Position numbers and translations under genes: made by a program. The notes below the pieces were generated by a model. It searched no databases. It had not been told where the DNA came from and saw only the letters and a program-made list of their open reading frames with translations. 64,000 nt of DNA from Styela clava (lineage: Eukaryota). The stretch lies in assembly GCF_964204865.1 (NCBI RefSeq), contig NC_135254.1, positions 18,228,001 to 18,292,000 on the forward strand, given 5' to 3'. Shown in pieces: positions 37,208-48,748 of this stretch (positions are counted from its first letter, which is position 1; every line of letters begins with the position of its first letter).

Positions 37208-39171
37208 TTTGAATTGACCTGAAATGTATTTGTAAATATTAATTATACTGTTCAACATAAATCCTCCTGTGTATATCGGGTTATATATACCATGTCTATG
37301 TACCATTATTTGTTTGTTCTACAGATATATCTGGTATGATACCCAACAAATCAAATTTTACTTTTTTGTAACATTCTTTCATCTACTTGGTTGCTTTCAC
37401 TAAGTTCTCATTGTAATCTGACACACAAGACATTGATTGCTCTGGTAAATATATACCGTACAACAAGAAAATCCGGTAATGTTAAAATAAATTTTGCTGT
37501 CATTACTTTGAAGAATGTACATGTAGTTTGTAGAGTATATCATGTTGATACTTGCTGCCGAATATTTTTGCGGCGAATGCTTTGTAGAATCTCGCAACTC
37601 TCTTGAAATTAGGTTGCAATTGCTGAAAAACCCTAGTCCAATTTACAAACAAAAAAAATTGATGTCAATTTTTGTTGTATCTTTTTTATGAGTCCCAAGT
37701 CGAAATTAACTATGTCAAAGTTCAGAAAAAGGCGTTTACGGGTGTTAAATTCCGGGTTCAATATTTGCGTGCGAATCAAAATCCAAACTTTAACTTGTGC
37801 AAACATATTACATTTTATATAGATTGTGTGCGTTATAACCAGTTGTATGCAATCTAAACATTTGAATTAAGTTGGTAAAATTATGATTCAACTTTAAATA
37901 TTTGATTGGAATACATCAATTCACAACTTAATAAATTTTATTGTTAATATGAAAAATAAGATATTGAAATATTTTCAAAACGCGCCTCATACGAATGATG
38001 ATTATTTAAAATAAATGATTGGAAAATATTGCATTTTAGAAAACTGGAATAGTTATTCAAAATCATTTCCTAAATTTATGAACCTAAATAGAATGTGGCA
38101 CATACCCCTAAAATTATTATTTGTTTGAGATAAAGAAACAGAAAATGTGAAGCAGAAATTTCCCACATATATTTGTTGGAAATTTCTCATCAATTTAATG
38201 ATACATTTGAAAACGGACGTAAAAATAAACATTGCCCGCATCATAAAAAATGTGTGAAATTTGTTCTTTTGAAAACATATCGATTTAAAAAGAATTTCGG
38301 AATTCAACTGATTTTAAGAAATTTCTTCGATCAGGGAAATCGAGCATACGCACAGAAACATTTTTATGAGTTAAGTATGAAAAGCTAGCGCCAAAAAAAC
38401 GGTAAAAGAATTTTTATTGATTGCAGCATTGGTATAGCTTAACTAAGTAAAATGCGTTAACGATCCAAATTTTCAATTATTTCTCAAAGGAATTCCAAAC
38501 ATGACCAACTCATCGTGAAGGCAATGACAATTGAATAAGTTTCAAATCGCATCCGTGATATTTATACAGTTTTTTGCTAACTAAATCTACAATATAAAAC
38601 TGCTTGTATTTGGACTACAATTTTACATTGCAGTGTTCACAACCCTCCTTAATATTTCAGCGCATTCAACCCATCGATAAAACATATAAACGCGAGAACT
38701 TCTCGTAAACCATTACAAAATGAAGGTAATTCAGTTACTCGCTAATTTTCAGTTTAATATTAATTATTGAAAAATACTGAATATCTTGTAGTTTGTGGTA
38801 TTAAGATTTCTCGAATTAAATTAAACTGTATAAGTGTGAATGTGCCGCCTTATTATAATGTTGGATTCAATGCACCTATGCGCTAAAATCTATCTGAGCA
38901 AACCGTCAGTGCGCAGGTCCTTGGGGGTTAGATTACATATTCAAACAATAGCAGCTCTTTGTTATAGTTGATTGATAGTGACCCTAACGTATAAATATTC
39001 TTGTTATGAAAGGCGTTTAGATGCATATAAATAAAAAACAAACTATAGCAATTTTAGGTGCTTTCACATTCGTAAATTAATAACACGTGAGCAACATCAG
39101 AATTCATTTTTCCCAACTAGATTAGGTCTTTCATTGCGAGATGTTTTCATCTAGTTTTACATGGTGAAAAC

Positions 39172-39358
39172 GGTTCCATTACATTTGAACCCACGTACAT
39201 TTGAACCCATGACAATTGCACCTGTATGCTATTGCACCTGTGGAATTTTTTTTGTTTCACGGATAGTTAAACCCATACTAACCCTAACCCATGAGTTTTA
39301 GCACCCGCATATAGATTGAACCCGTGGATATACGCATGGGTTCAAATGTACGGTCACC
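39172..39358. mobile_element. Second copy of the MULE-like MITE, 9-bp TSD GGTGAAAAC
   Basis: Nearly identical to 3451-3653 (one subterminal repeat fewer); TSD at 39163-39171 and 39359-39367. Confidence 0.88.
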
Positions 39359-41466
39359 GGTGAAAACATATAGATGCTTCGTCTGAAATAATTAGTGTTG
39401 TCGATATAGCAGAACGTTACGAAACAATCCAATCAATTAATAGTTGTGTACTTTTGTATGTTTTTGTTCCGTCGCCACAAGTATGATTCAGCGACAAAAT
39501 TGAGTGTAGAAATTACGACAATTCGACGATAGATTATTTTAATCCCAGAACGAAAGATATAGACGGCTTACCTAATAAAAAGTCTCAAATTAAAAGAACA
39601 AATTAGAAAATAGAAGAAACACAAAACATGAAAATTTATCGGAAGACCAATGTTTTTTAATTGCCAGTGTAGGTCTTGCGTCCATAGAAATTGCTAATAA
39701 ATTTCAACGTTTTAGATCGCTTGTAAAAAATGTCGTAACAAAACGGGCATAACTCTACAATGACAAGAAAATAATGCTTGACATTGGTGGCAAGCACATT
39801 AATTGATCAAAACCACGAAACAAGATATCAGAACATTCTCAGTTTACCCTATAGTAGTATATTGGAGTCACGGCCTAATTCAACAACCCCCGAATGTATA
39901 TTGAATTTGAATGGAACAAACAAAACTGCGATTCGAAGAAGATTGGTTCGCAATAATACACAACATATCAGTGTTTGTCCCCCGATTCCCCCGGGTTGAC
40001 ATAAAGAGAGAAAACAAAAAAAAATGGTGCGACTGACGGAGCCCAAAAGTCTGGTATACCTAACTGTAACGGTTGACTTGCTGGTCTTTTCCAATTTTTG
40101 ATCTGCCACGGCATATTTTCAAGCGCCACATACAGTCAAGTTCTTCAGCGTTATGAGTGACTAGCTATTTCAGTGGTTAATTCGGCTGAGACTTGCAATT
40201 TTTTGGATGGTCCTCCTCAAGCGTAGAATAATATTCATTCAATATGATTATATTACAACAGGAGTGTTTAAACAATTTTGAAATTAATTAGCTTGACAAT
40301 GGACAATGCGTCATTTTTTCTGGACCACTGTTCGTTCATACGCATCGATGAGGACATGAAAATGTTCGTTACAAACAGACAAGATTTTCTCATCACTGTC
40401 TATGTAATTTTGCTTCTTTCTTGCTTTTATATTGTTTCAATTGTTTTTCTTTATTTCCTCACGGCGTTTTGTCCAAGCACTAAAAATCCCTAATATAAGT
40501 GCCTTAAGTAAAATTATCACAATATACCACGAACCAGCAACATTACGCTCTTCAAAATAAATATTGAACTAATACATTAAATACATTAGACAAACTATAA
40601 TATTACATCTCGTTGATAGATACAGTTATATAATGCAATATGGTATTGTACATACAATTTGCAAAACTCTCACGTCCATAGAAGTTGGATAACAGATTGA
40701 ATTCGATATTGTCTAAACTCTAAATCAAACTGTCGATTTATGTCTATTTAAAATACGAAAATCATAATACATTGCTATGCTACACTTTTGAGCAATTTCG
40801 TATTACTTTATACACAGATAATTGAGATTAATTAAAAAAATTGCTTGATTCTTACTGATAAATAGATATTATATAAAACTGAGCGTCCAGACAATGCTTC
40901 AAATCTCGCTAATATTTAAATTGCCACAAGTCTTATTTCTACTTCAACCAATTGCGCATGTTAATATATCCTATAATCATTTCCTTAGCTTATTTTACAA
41001 GGACTATAACCGAAATAACTTCGAATAAGCCGGCCCTATGGTTCAATTCTCAGGCCAGTTATCAAAATCACACCTTTACCTTCAATATATTTTCAGCAGC
41101 ACTATCTGCGCAAAACCTGGTCACACCGCCTAGCAAGTGTCTCACAACTCAACCAAAGTATAGTCTTTACAAATGACTGCTCAAATATAACCCTACGGTA
41201 TCAATAAATAAATAAAAAAAGAAGCAGACCATCGTTTTCATCCATCTTACAATTGTGGTAATGTAGAGAAAAGCTTACTGATATCTTACATGAAAAATCC
41301 TTTGCAAATTTAAAGGAGACGAACAAAAAATTGCATTAAGGTTTGAACAAGGCGCTTTCTAAATTTCCGTCCTAGTCCGATTGCACACTTTACAATAACT
41401 GGACAACATATCTGGTTAATTGGTTTGAATAATTTATCAGACAATAATTTCTGTGAAGGTATTAAC

Positions 41467-41628
41467 AAATTAGAATAACATAATCTCTTTCCAAGAAATA
41501 TCAAGTATATTAGTAAGCTTTCGTTTGATCATAGTCTAACTTTTTCAGACAAAACAAGATATGGCTTAATCAAACAGCTCACAAATATACTTGCTATTTC
41601 GTGGAAAGAGATTATGTTCTTCTTATTT
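41467..41628. repeat. Imperfect ~160-bp palindrome (long hairpin)
   Basis: AACATAATCTCTTTCCAAGAAATATCAAGTATATTAGTAAGC pairs with GCTCACAAATATACTTGCTATTTCGTGGAAAGAGATTATGTT. Confidence 0.8.
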
Positions 41629-42148
41629 ATCTTTATAATACTATCTCGTTCAAGCATCCTTATGGCAGTTGACACATACGGATCTGAAGTAGAAAGTAAA
41701 CAAGAAGAACGGACTTGCAGTTCAGTACAAAATACCCTAGTATACTAAATACATTTATTCGCTGATCTGTGGTTTCATATTCACTTCTGGGTCTCCGTTA
41801 CTGGTAAGATTATGATTCACCAAAAACGGCTATAAAATATTGTTTTAAATTCTTCTGTTTAAATAATACACTATCTGTGCGAAGCTTTGCTTTTCCGAGG
41901 ATTGAACGAAACTTACGCATTATGTTTACTCAAGTGTGTCTACCCAGTGTGTTTAGCTTTCTTGGCATGATATATTGAAGGAAATTGCTACGTGGTTATT
42001 TTGAATAGCATTAGACAAATTAGACATTTTGAATAGCATTAGACAAAATTTTCGCTGCATATTAAAAAATCTACAAATATGGTACCCAATATGGTGTTGC
42101 CTTTATCTGAATGCATGATTATGTAAGTAGTAGTATAGGTCGGATTCG

Positions 42149-42859
42149 ATACCCAAATAATGTTGCACATGTTGAGCAAATGTTGATCAATGATGCAAAT
42201 GTTGAGCAATACCCAAATAATGTTGCACATGTTGAGCAAATGTTGATCAATGATGCAAATGTTGAGCAATGGTGGTACGTAGGAAGTTGTTATGTAATAT
42301 TGTTTCCGGTATCAGGGGATAGCGTTTGGTAATTTTCGAAAACCATACCCAAATAATGTTGCACATGTTGAGCAAATGTTGATCAATGATGCAAATGTTG
42401 AGCAATACCCAAATAATGTTGCACATGTTGAGCAAATGTTGATCAATGATGCAAATGTTGAGCAATACCCAAATAATGTTGCACATGTTGAGCAAATGTT
42501 GATCAATGATGCAAATGTTGAGCAATGGTGGTACGTAGGAAGTTGTTATGTAATATTGTTTCCGGTATCAGGGGATAGCGTTTGGTAATTTTCGAAAACC
42601 ATACCCAAATAATGTTGCACATGTTGAGCAAATGTTGATCAATGATGCAAATGTTGAGCAATACCCAAATAATGTTGCACATGTTGAGCAAATGTTGATC
42701 AATGATGCAAATGTTGAGCAATACCCAAATAATGTTGCACATGTTGAGCAAATGTTGATCAATGATGCAAATGTTGAGCAATGGTGGTACGTAGGAAGTT
42801 GTTATGTAATATTGTTTCCGGTATCAGGGGATAGCGTTTGGTAATTTTCGAAAACCATA
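42149..42859 (+). repeat. Subterminal hierarchical tandem array: 60-bp unit x(2,3,3), each block followed by an identical 76-bp linker (256-bp higher-order period)
   Basis: Unit ATACCCAAATAATGTTGCACATGTTGAGCAAATGTTGATCAATGATGCAAATGTTGAGCA; the same ORFs recur every 256 bp in the track. Confidence 0.95.
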
Positions 42860-44423
42860 TCGGCAACCGTGTGTTAGTCATTAAGTTTATGGTTTGTCGT
42901 ATATTTACATGCACCTATGGAATTTTTTTGTTTTTGTTTACGTACATTTGAACTCATGTGTTGTTTTTGATAATTTGTGAATGTAATCAGCATTTCAAGT
43001 ACATGTACCCACACTACTTGCATTTTGAAATTTGGATTTCATCAATATTACGTAAGTCAGTACGTATATGTGAGTATTATACGTCAGCGAAACATGACTG
43101 TATTCCTCATAGCAATGCTCGTATTAGAAGTGAATAAGATATGATTTATTTGATTAGCTTTTATCATTGGCAGCTTTCGTTTATGTTCTTTAGCTTCCCA
43201 AATGTGTTAGTCATTAAATTTATGGTATATTTTGTATGTGTTTATATATTAGAGTATTGAGCAATATATATGAGGGTTTAAATCTTCTTTTTTGAGCCGA
43301 GTGATGCAGAGTGGTAATTTATTTCGTGTTTAGGAAATCATGCAATGTCGTAGTTAAGTTTTGTGCATCTGTTGATTGGAAACAACCATAAGGATGTACT
43401 GACTTTAGTAGAAAAATGACAACTGAGTTGACATAATTAAATTCAAAAAACGTATGTTTACTGACCGACGTATGTTAAAATAATTGAAAAACGATTGTTA
43501 TTGGAGGTTTAGCGAGAAATAAAATGCAACAGGCTGCGCATCGGTTTGAAAAAAAAAATTACAATATAAAACAGCTGACAAAAAAAAAGGTCGTGTTTCC
43601 CGGTCTAGTCGTTTGATTTGTTTTTTTTTTACAGTTGTTTATTTTTTTTTTCATTACTCTTTTATTTTCGGTTTATTTTTGATCTTGAAAATTTTATTTT
43701 TTTTAAATTTTTTTTTTTTTTTTCAATTTTACAAGAAATCGATAGTTTGACATATTATTTACCACAGAGATTCTTTTTCACAGACTTTACTGTTGTTTTT
43801 GATAATTTGCGAATGCAATCAGCATTTCGAGTACATGTACCCACACTACTTGCATTTTGAAATTTGGATTTCATCAATATCACGTAAGTCAGTACGTATA
43901 TGTGAGTATTATACGTCAGCGAAACATGACTGTATTCCTCATATCAATGCTCGCAAGTAGATTGTTCTTCCTCGTATTAGAAGTGAATAAGATATGATTT
44001 ATTTGATTAGCTTTTATCATTGACAGCTTTCGTTTATGTTTTTTAGCTTCCCAAATAGGCAACCCTAGTGATTGTCCTACATTCCCCAGATGTGATGCCA
44101 GACTTCAATACCTAACTTCGGTAAAATTGTCTTTGAATATTCAAAAAATGGTATATTTATCAGTGTAGAGTAGATGGTCTGTCATATACATAACACATTT
44201 TTATAAGTTGCAAATAGTTTCATCGCTATTGGCAAAATATTTACCACCCTCTAAATTTCGAAACACAACCCCCCCCAATAATGAAAATATATATATATCA
44301 ATGGAGCATGGTAGCCAGAATAATGATATCATAATGGATGGGAAGCAGATAATAATATTTAACAAAGGTTACCAAAGTAAACAAGATCCGAAAATGATAT
44401 AAATATATTAGTACAATGTCATA

Positions 44424-45320
44424 TTACCGTAGAAGTTTTTTGTTGATAATTTCCCATACCATGGCTCGCCGAAAGTAAGGCATATCTCGCTGGGAAAATG
44501 TTAAGTCTGATTTAGAAGTAATATACTCTGCAAATTTGCAAGCAAAGACTCCACAATCTGATCCATTCATTTGTTGCGGTATATCAGACATTGACAACAG
44601 TTGCCAGTCAGAAAGATTGATCTCTGATCCTTTTTTATCCTTGTGCTCACAAAGAAGATAATTTTTTAGGATTTCAAGGCATTCCCGATTGGCTCCACCC
44701 ATTGAATCATAATATCTTATTTGTTTCGATATGAAATCAACGACAGCTAGACACCAATGCACGCCAAGATGTATTGGATACAGAACGATGTCTTTGGAAA
44801 ATATATCAACTTTTTTTGTCCACCGACGTACTGATGTATAAGATTGTGTACTCAATCGAGGATAAAAGAATGTATTCATGGAATGTACTGCGGGGTAATC
44901 TTTTACATCTTTAGAGCGCTGAACAATCAATTCCATATAAAAATTTATAATTTCATCATTAAGCCAATTTAGACCGAACAAAGTCGACATGTGCTCGCGG
45001 GTTATTGAAATGTTGAAACACTCAGAAAGGACTTGATTTGGAGGATATGGAACTAGTGCTTTGTTTATGTGTTCGCTCATGTCGGAAGTCAGCTCAGGAA
45101 GTGTGGGTTGTTCGATAATCTTTTTTTCTTGGAGTTTTAATTTGTTGTGTAAAATTTCAGCCAGAAGTGCATCTTTCTCTTTACGTTTCTCGTGCCAAAG
45201 TCGGGCTCGTGTTTCTTCAGCACGTGTTTGAGCTTGCCTCTGACGAACTCGACGATTGTATGTTTTTAACATGTCAGGAACGAAATTTTGTGACAAATAT
45301 GGAGAAGAAAACTCTTTCAA
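44424..45320 (-). CDS. SENP1: SENP1/2-like SUMO-specific protease (Ulp1 / peptidase C48 catalytic domain), copy 1; first ATG at 45272 (282 aa)
   Basis: WLNDEIINFYM, NTFFY, HLGVHWCLAVVDF (catalytic His), YYDSMG (Asp), PQQMNGSDCGVFAC (oxyanion Gln and Cys), MPYFRRAMVWEI; uninterrupted frame. The ORF-track start is TTG. Confidence 0.92.
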   Translation of the reverse strand: MKEFSSPYLSQNFVPDMLKTYNRRVRQRQAQTRAEETRARLWHEKRKEKDALLAEILHNKLKLQEKKIIEQPTLPELTSDMSEHINKALVPYPPNQVLSECFNISITREHMSTLFGLNWLNDEIINFYMELIVQRSKDVKDYPAVHSMNTFFYPRLSTQSYTSVRRWTKKVDIFSKDIVLYPIHLGVHWCLAVVDFISKQIRYYDSMGGANRECLEILKNYLLCEHKDKKGSEINLSDWQLLSMSDIPQQMNGSDCGVFACKFAEYITSKSDLTFSQRDMPYFRRAMVWEIINKKLLR

Positions 45321-48300
45321 AATCTGGCTTCTCTTTATACTATCATTGAGAGTGGTTTCTGTTTGACTTTCGGCACCCCGAAGGACTAAGTTGTATATAC
45401 TTATCGCTTTGTGTAAAAACTTTCACTTGAATCGTTTTTTATTTTAATTTTTAAATTTTCACGTCATTGGACGCGAAATGGACGTGTCCTTTGTCCTGTC
45501 CGATATCCATTTTGTTATTGTGCTATTGTTGTAGTCGGAATTCTTCTTTTTGTTGTGAAAAAAAAAATCGCGTTTCTCATTAACTACAAGACCAATTGCT
45601 TTTGCTTTGATTAGTTTCAAAGACTTGTGTGGTCTTTATGGAATTATTCATTCCAAAATTTTTAACTCTTAACTATATGCACATATATACTTGAGTTTTT
45701 ACACCAACTTCATCTTGCAGTCAAGCGAAAAATTACAGCTTATAATTAGAGAAAAATAAATTAGTTTTTAAAATTTTTGATAAACAAAACACACTTCTCT
45801 CATTTTTAACATCCATAATTCAGTATTCATCAAAAAATAAACGAAGAATCTAATTATATTGCAAAACTTCCACGCCAGAAGGACCAAATAATATATACTT
45901 ATGAGAAATGCTTCGCGTCAGCATCTTTGTTTTGAATTGTTTTTTATTTCAATTTTGGAACTTCATTTTATTGGACACGATATGTACCTATAATTGCTTT
46001 CTTTTTCATGTTATTGTTACGTTATTGTTGGTGTAATTTCACTTTTTGTCGCTTTTCTCTATCTATGGAACCAATTGCTTTGAATTTTGCATTGGGTAAA
46101 GATTGTTGTACTCTAATTAATTTAAAAAACTGTTGTGGGCTATATGGAATTTATTTTTCATTTCAAAATTTAAAAAAAATGCGTCAGTCTGCCGATACTG
46201 TACGATTATGATGCTATTTCATTTTAGCTTTCGTGTCCATATATTGAAGCATTGATTTTTTGTTTTTATAAGAGCAAGCAAGGCCATGCGCACCAACTCA
46301 GGAGTAAAGGAGACTGACCTCGATACATTGTACGAGTTAAAAATAAAATCTCCGGCAAATGTTGTTCTTATGTCATAAAAAAAAAACTTGAGCACATTGA
46401 TTATTCGACAAAATCGAATTTAATGAACAACCCCAGCAAAATCAGAACCAATATATCCTAGAAAATTTTCTGTCAGGGTTTTTTGACGTTGGCAAGATAT
46501 AGAGATTTGAATTATACGTTTTTTTTTACTAAAATCGCGGCATTGGGCCTTTCAGCAAATCTTACGATGGAAATTTTGGACTTGCAGAATATTAAGGAAT
46601 ATGCAACGTAGAGTGTTCTATTCACTGTAAACATCACAAAGATAGAAACTATACTCATCAAATAAACTGTCGTAAGTTCAATTATTATTCGTTTTCATAC
46701 GTTTTCTGTGTACGTAACTAATCAGTAGAGTAAATCCACATCTTGCAATCAAACTTGATTCTAAAAATATAAAAAATATGATTTGTCTCAGTATTATTCC
46801 GTAGATGCAAATGTATTTGGTGTACTTGCTTCTGAATCTACTTATTTTGGGGATTGCACTCAATACAGCATTCCACTTTTTAGATGTATATATTCGCTTT
46901 TAACAAACTTTGAAGTCAAAGAGATTTCAAAAAATTAGTCTTAAGTGACCACTAACTGTATGCAAAAAAAAAATTATTTTTTAAAGGCACAAGTTGATAT
47001 GGTATCACAAGAAGACTTGAATATTTTTTGTCTGGAACGATTATGAAAAACGCAAAATGATAAATCGCTGATAAGAACACACTTCGGATTGAAAGTGCGC
47101 TACCGGTAAAGTTTTCTCGGATAGGATACGGTCGAACGAAAACTTTTAACTTACCCTTACTGGTATTTTTACGCAGGAACGTAGCAAAGTTGAAAATGTG
47201 TAATATTAAGCTGTGATTAAAGAGAATTGTTATTGCACATATACTAAAACAAAAAACACTCACTTGATCCTGTTGATTGCACCTCGGACGTAATTTTGGT
47301 AATGCGTACCTAATTCTGTACTTGAATGCACTGGAAAATGGAACCGTTTCAGACCAATGTACAGTTGTGCTTCGCTGATTGAAATTATTGAGATGATTTT
47401 AATAATATATCTGTCTTAAGGCTACCATAATAACAGAAACAAGAGAGCAATTCCCAAATATATGTACACGTTAACCAGAGCGAAGCAATGCTTACCTTTG
47501 ACGCTACCGGTACCCTCCAACAATTTCCGAGTTACTCGTAGCAAGAATTTACAGTATCTAACTGGACAGCCAGAGTTCCCATGTATAAAATAATACAGCG
47601 AAATTTTGGACGAAATATCAGACTTCATACGAAATTTAGACATAAAGAAAAGTAATAGCCTTCTGGCAAAAAATCAATCTTTACCCACTGAAAATTTTAA
47701 AGCCATTGTCCAAGTATTCGAAGAGAGAAGCTATTTTTAATGATAATGATGACGAATAACAAGAACAACAACAACATAATATCGAAACAATCGCTATGTC
47801 CATTAGCGTGTCCAAAAACAAAGACATTGTAAGAAAGGTAAGGTTTGTTTTTTCGTCCGGGTGTCAACGGATCGTGAAAGTACTACATCGAGTTACTCGT
47901 GGCGTCAAATTTAATACCCATTCGAAAACCAATGTTCTTTTCCTTAGCTACTGGACTAAACGCTTTCGAAATATCAGATGTTGAATATAGTGTCATCCTC
48001 TAAAAAAATTCACTTTCCTTTTAAAATAAATCATCAGGACTTCCCGTGCTCATTGTAACCCCACATATTGTTTTAAGTTGAACTACGGCGTGGTTTTTCC
48101 GATGAGCCAATTTTCCGAGCAAGTATTAAAAATAGAACAATATAACAGAGTTGAACGATGATTTAGCAAAACTTTCCACAGGTTTATTCATGTTCAATAG
48201 GCTACTGAGATGACAACGTTCATTTAGTTACAATAGCTCACTTTCATTGCATATTGCATTAAATGTTTCGTTTTATCATCTGAAAGAGAGACCGCTTTCT

Positions 48301-48528
48301 TTGCGCCAGGCATCGTTATAAATATCAACTTTTTTACGGTATTCAAAACTTCGTGAAGAGCCTGAGAACCAAAAATAAAATGGCAAGTTGGTATCAAAAT
48401 TACCTTGACAACGAACGTTCATTATGATTATTATAATATAAAATTAATGATATCGTGGTAAGGACATTTTCTAAAGTCTAAACTATACATTGTCAGTAAT
48501 CATAATTACATACCAATCAGTTCTTATT

Positions 48529-48748
48529 GGTGACAGCACATTTGAACCCACGTACATTTGCACCCGTACATTTGCACCCACCGACATTTGCATCCCGGAC
48601 ATTTGAACCCCCGTACATTTGCACCCACCGACATTTGCATCCCGGACATTTGCACCCCGGACATTTGCACCCCGGACAATTGCACCTACATACTATTGCA
48701 CCTATGGAATTTTTTTTTGTTTTTGTTTACGTACATTTGAACTCATGT
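48529..48748 (+). mobile_element. Truncated left end of a MULE-like element (ACATTTG[A/C]ACCC subterminal repeats) in the palindrome spacer
   Basis: GGTGACAGCACATTTGAACCCACGTACATTTG... resembles the termini and subterminal repeats of the MITEs at 3451 and 39172. It stops at the right-arm junction. Confidence 0.7.

Larger units (their letters stand above)
42126..47479 (+). repeat. Left inverted arm (5354 bp)
   Basis: Reverse complement of 48749-54104. Mirror ORF coordinates sum to 96228-96230; only 3 substitutions and 2 homopolymer indels were noticed by eye. Confidence 0.96.

Noticed and set aside
37208-37306. 33-aa N-terminal extension of CYP4 from the upstream ATG at 37306
   Set aside because: A splice acceptor lies just before ATG 37207, which directly precedes the membrane anchor and gives a typical ~500-aa P450.
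42039-42844. Repetitive ORFs (MLNICIIDQHLL..., MLINDANVEQYP...) and their mirror copies at 53386-53983
   Set aside because: By-products of a stop-free 60-bp tandem unit, open on both strands.
42149-42859. CRISPR-like repeat/spacer appearance of the 60-bp/76-bp array
   Set aside because: The linkers are identical rather than unique spacers, the repeats are directly tandem, the context is eukaryotic and there are no cas genes.
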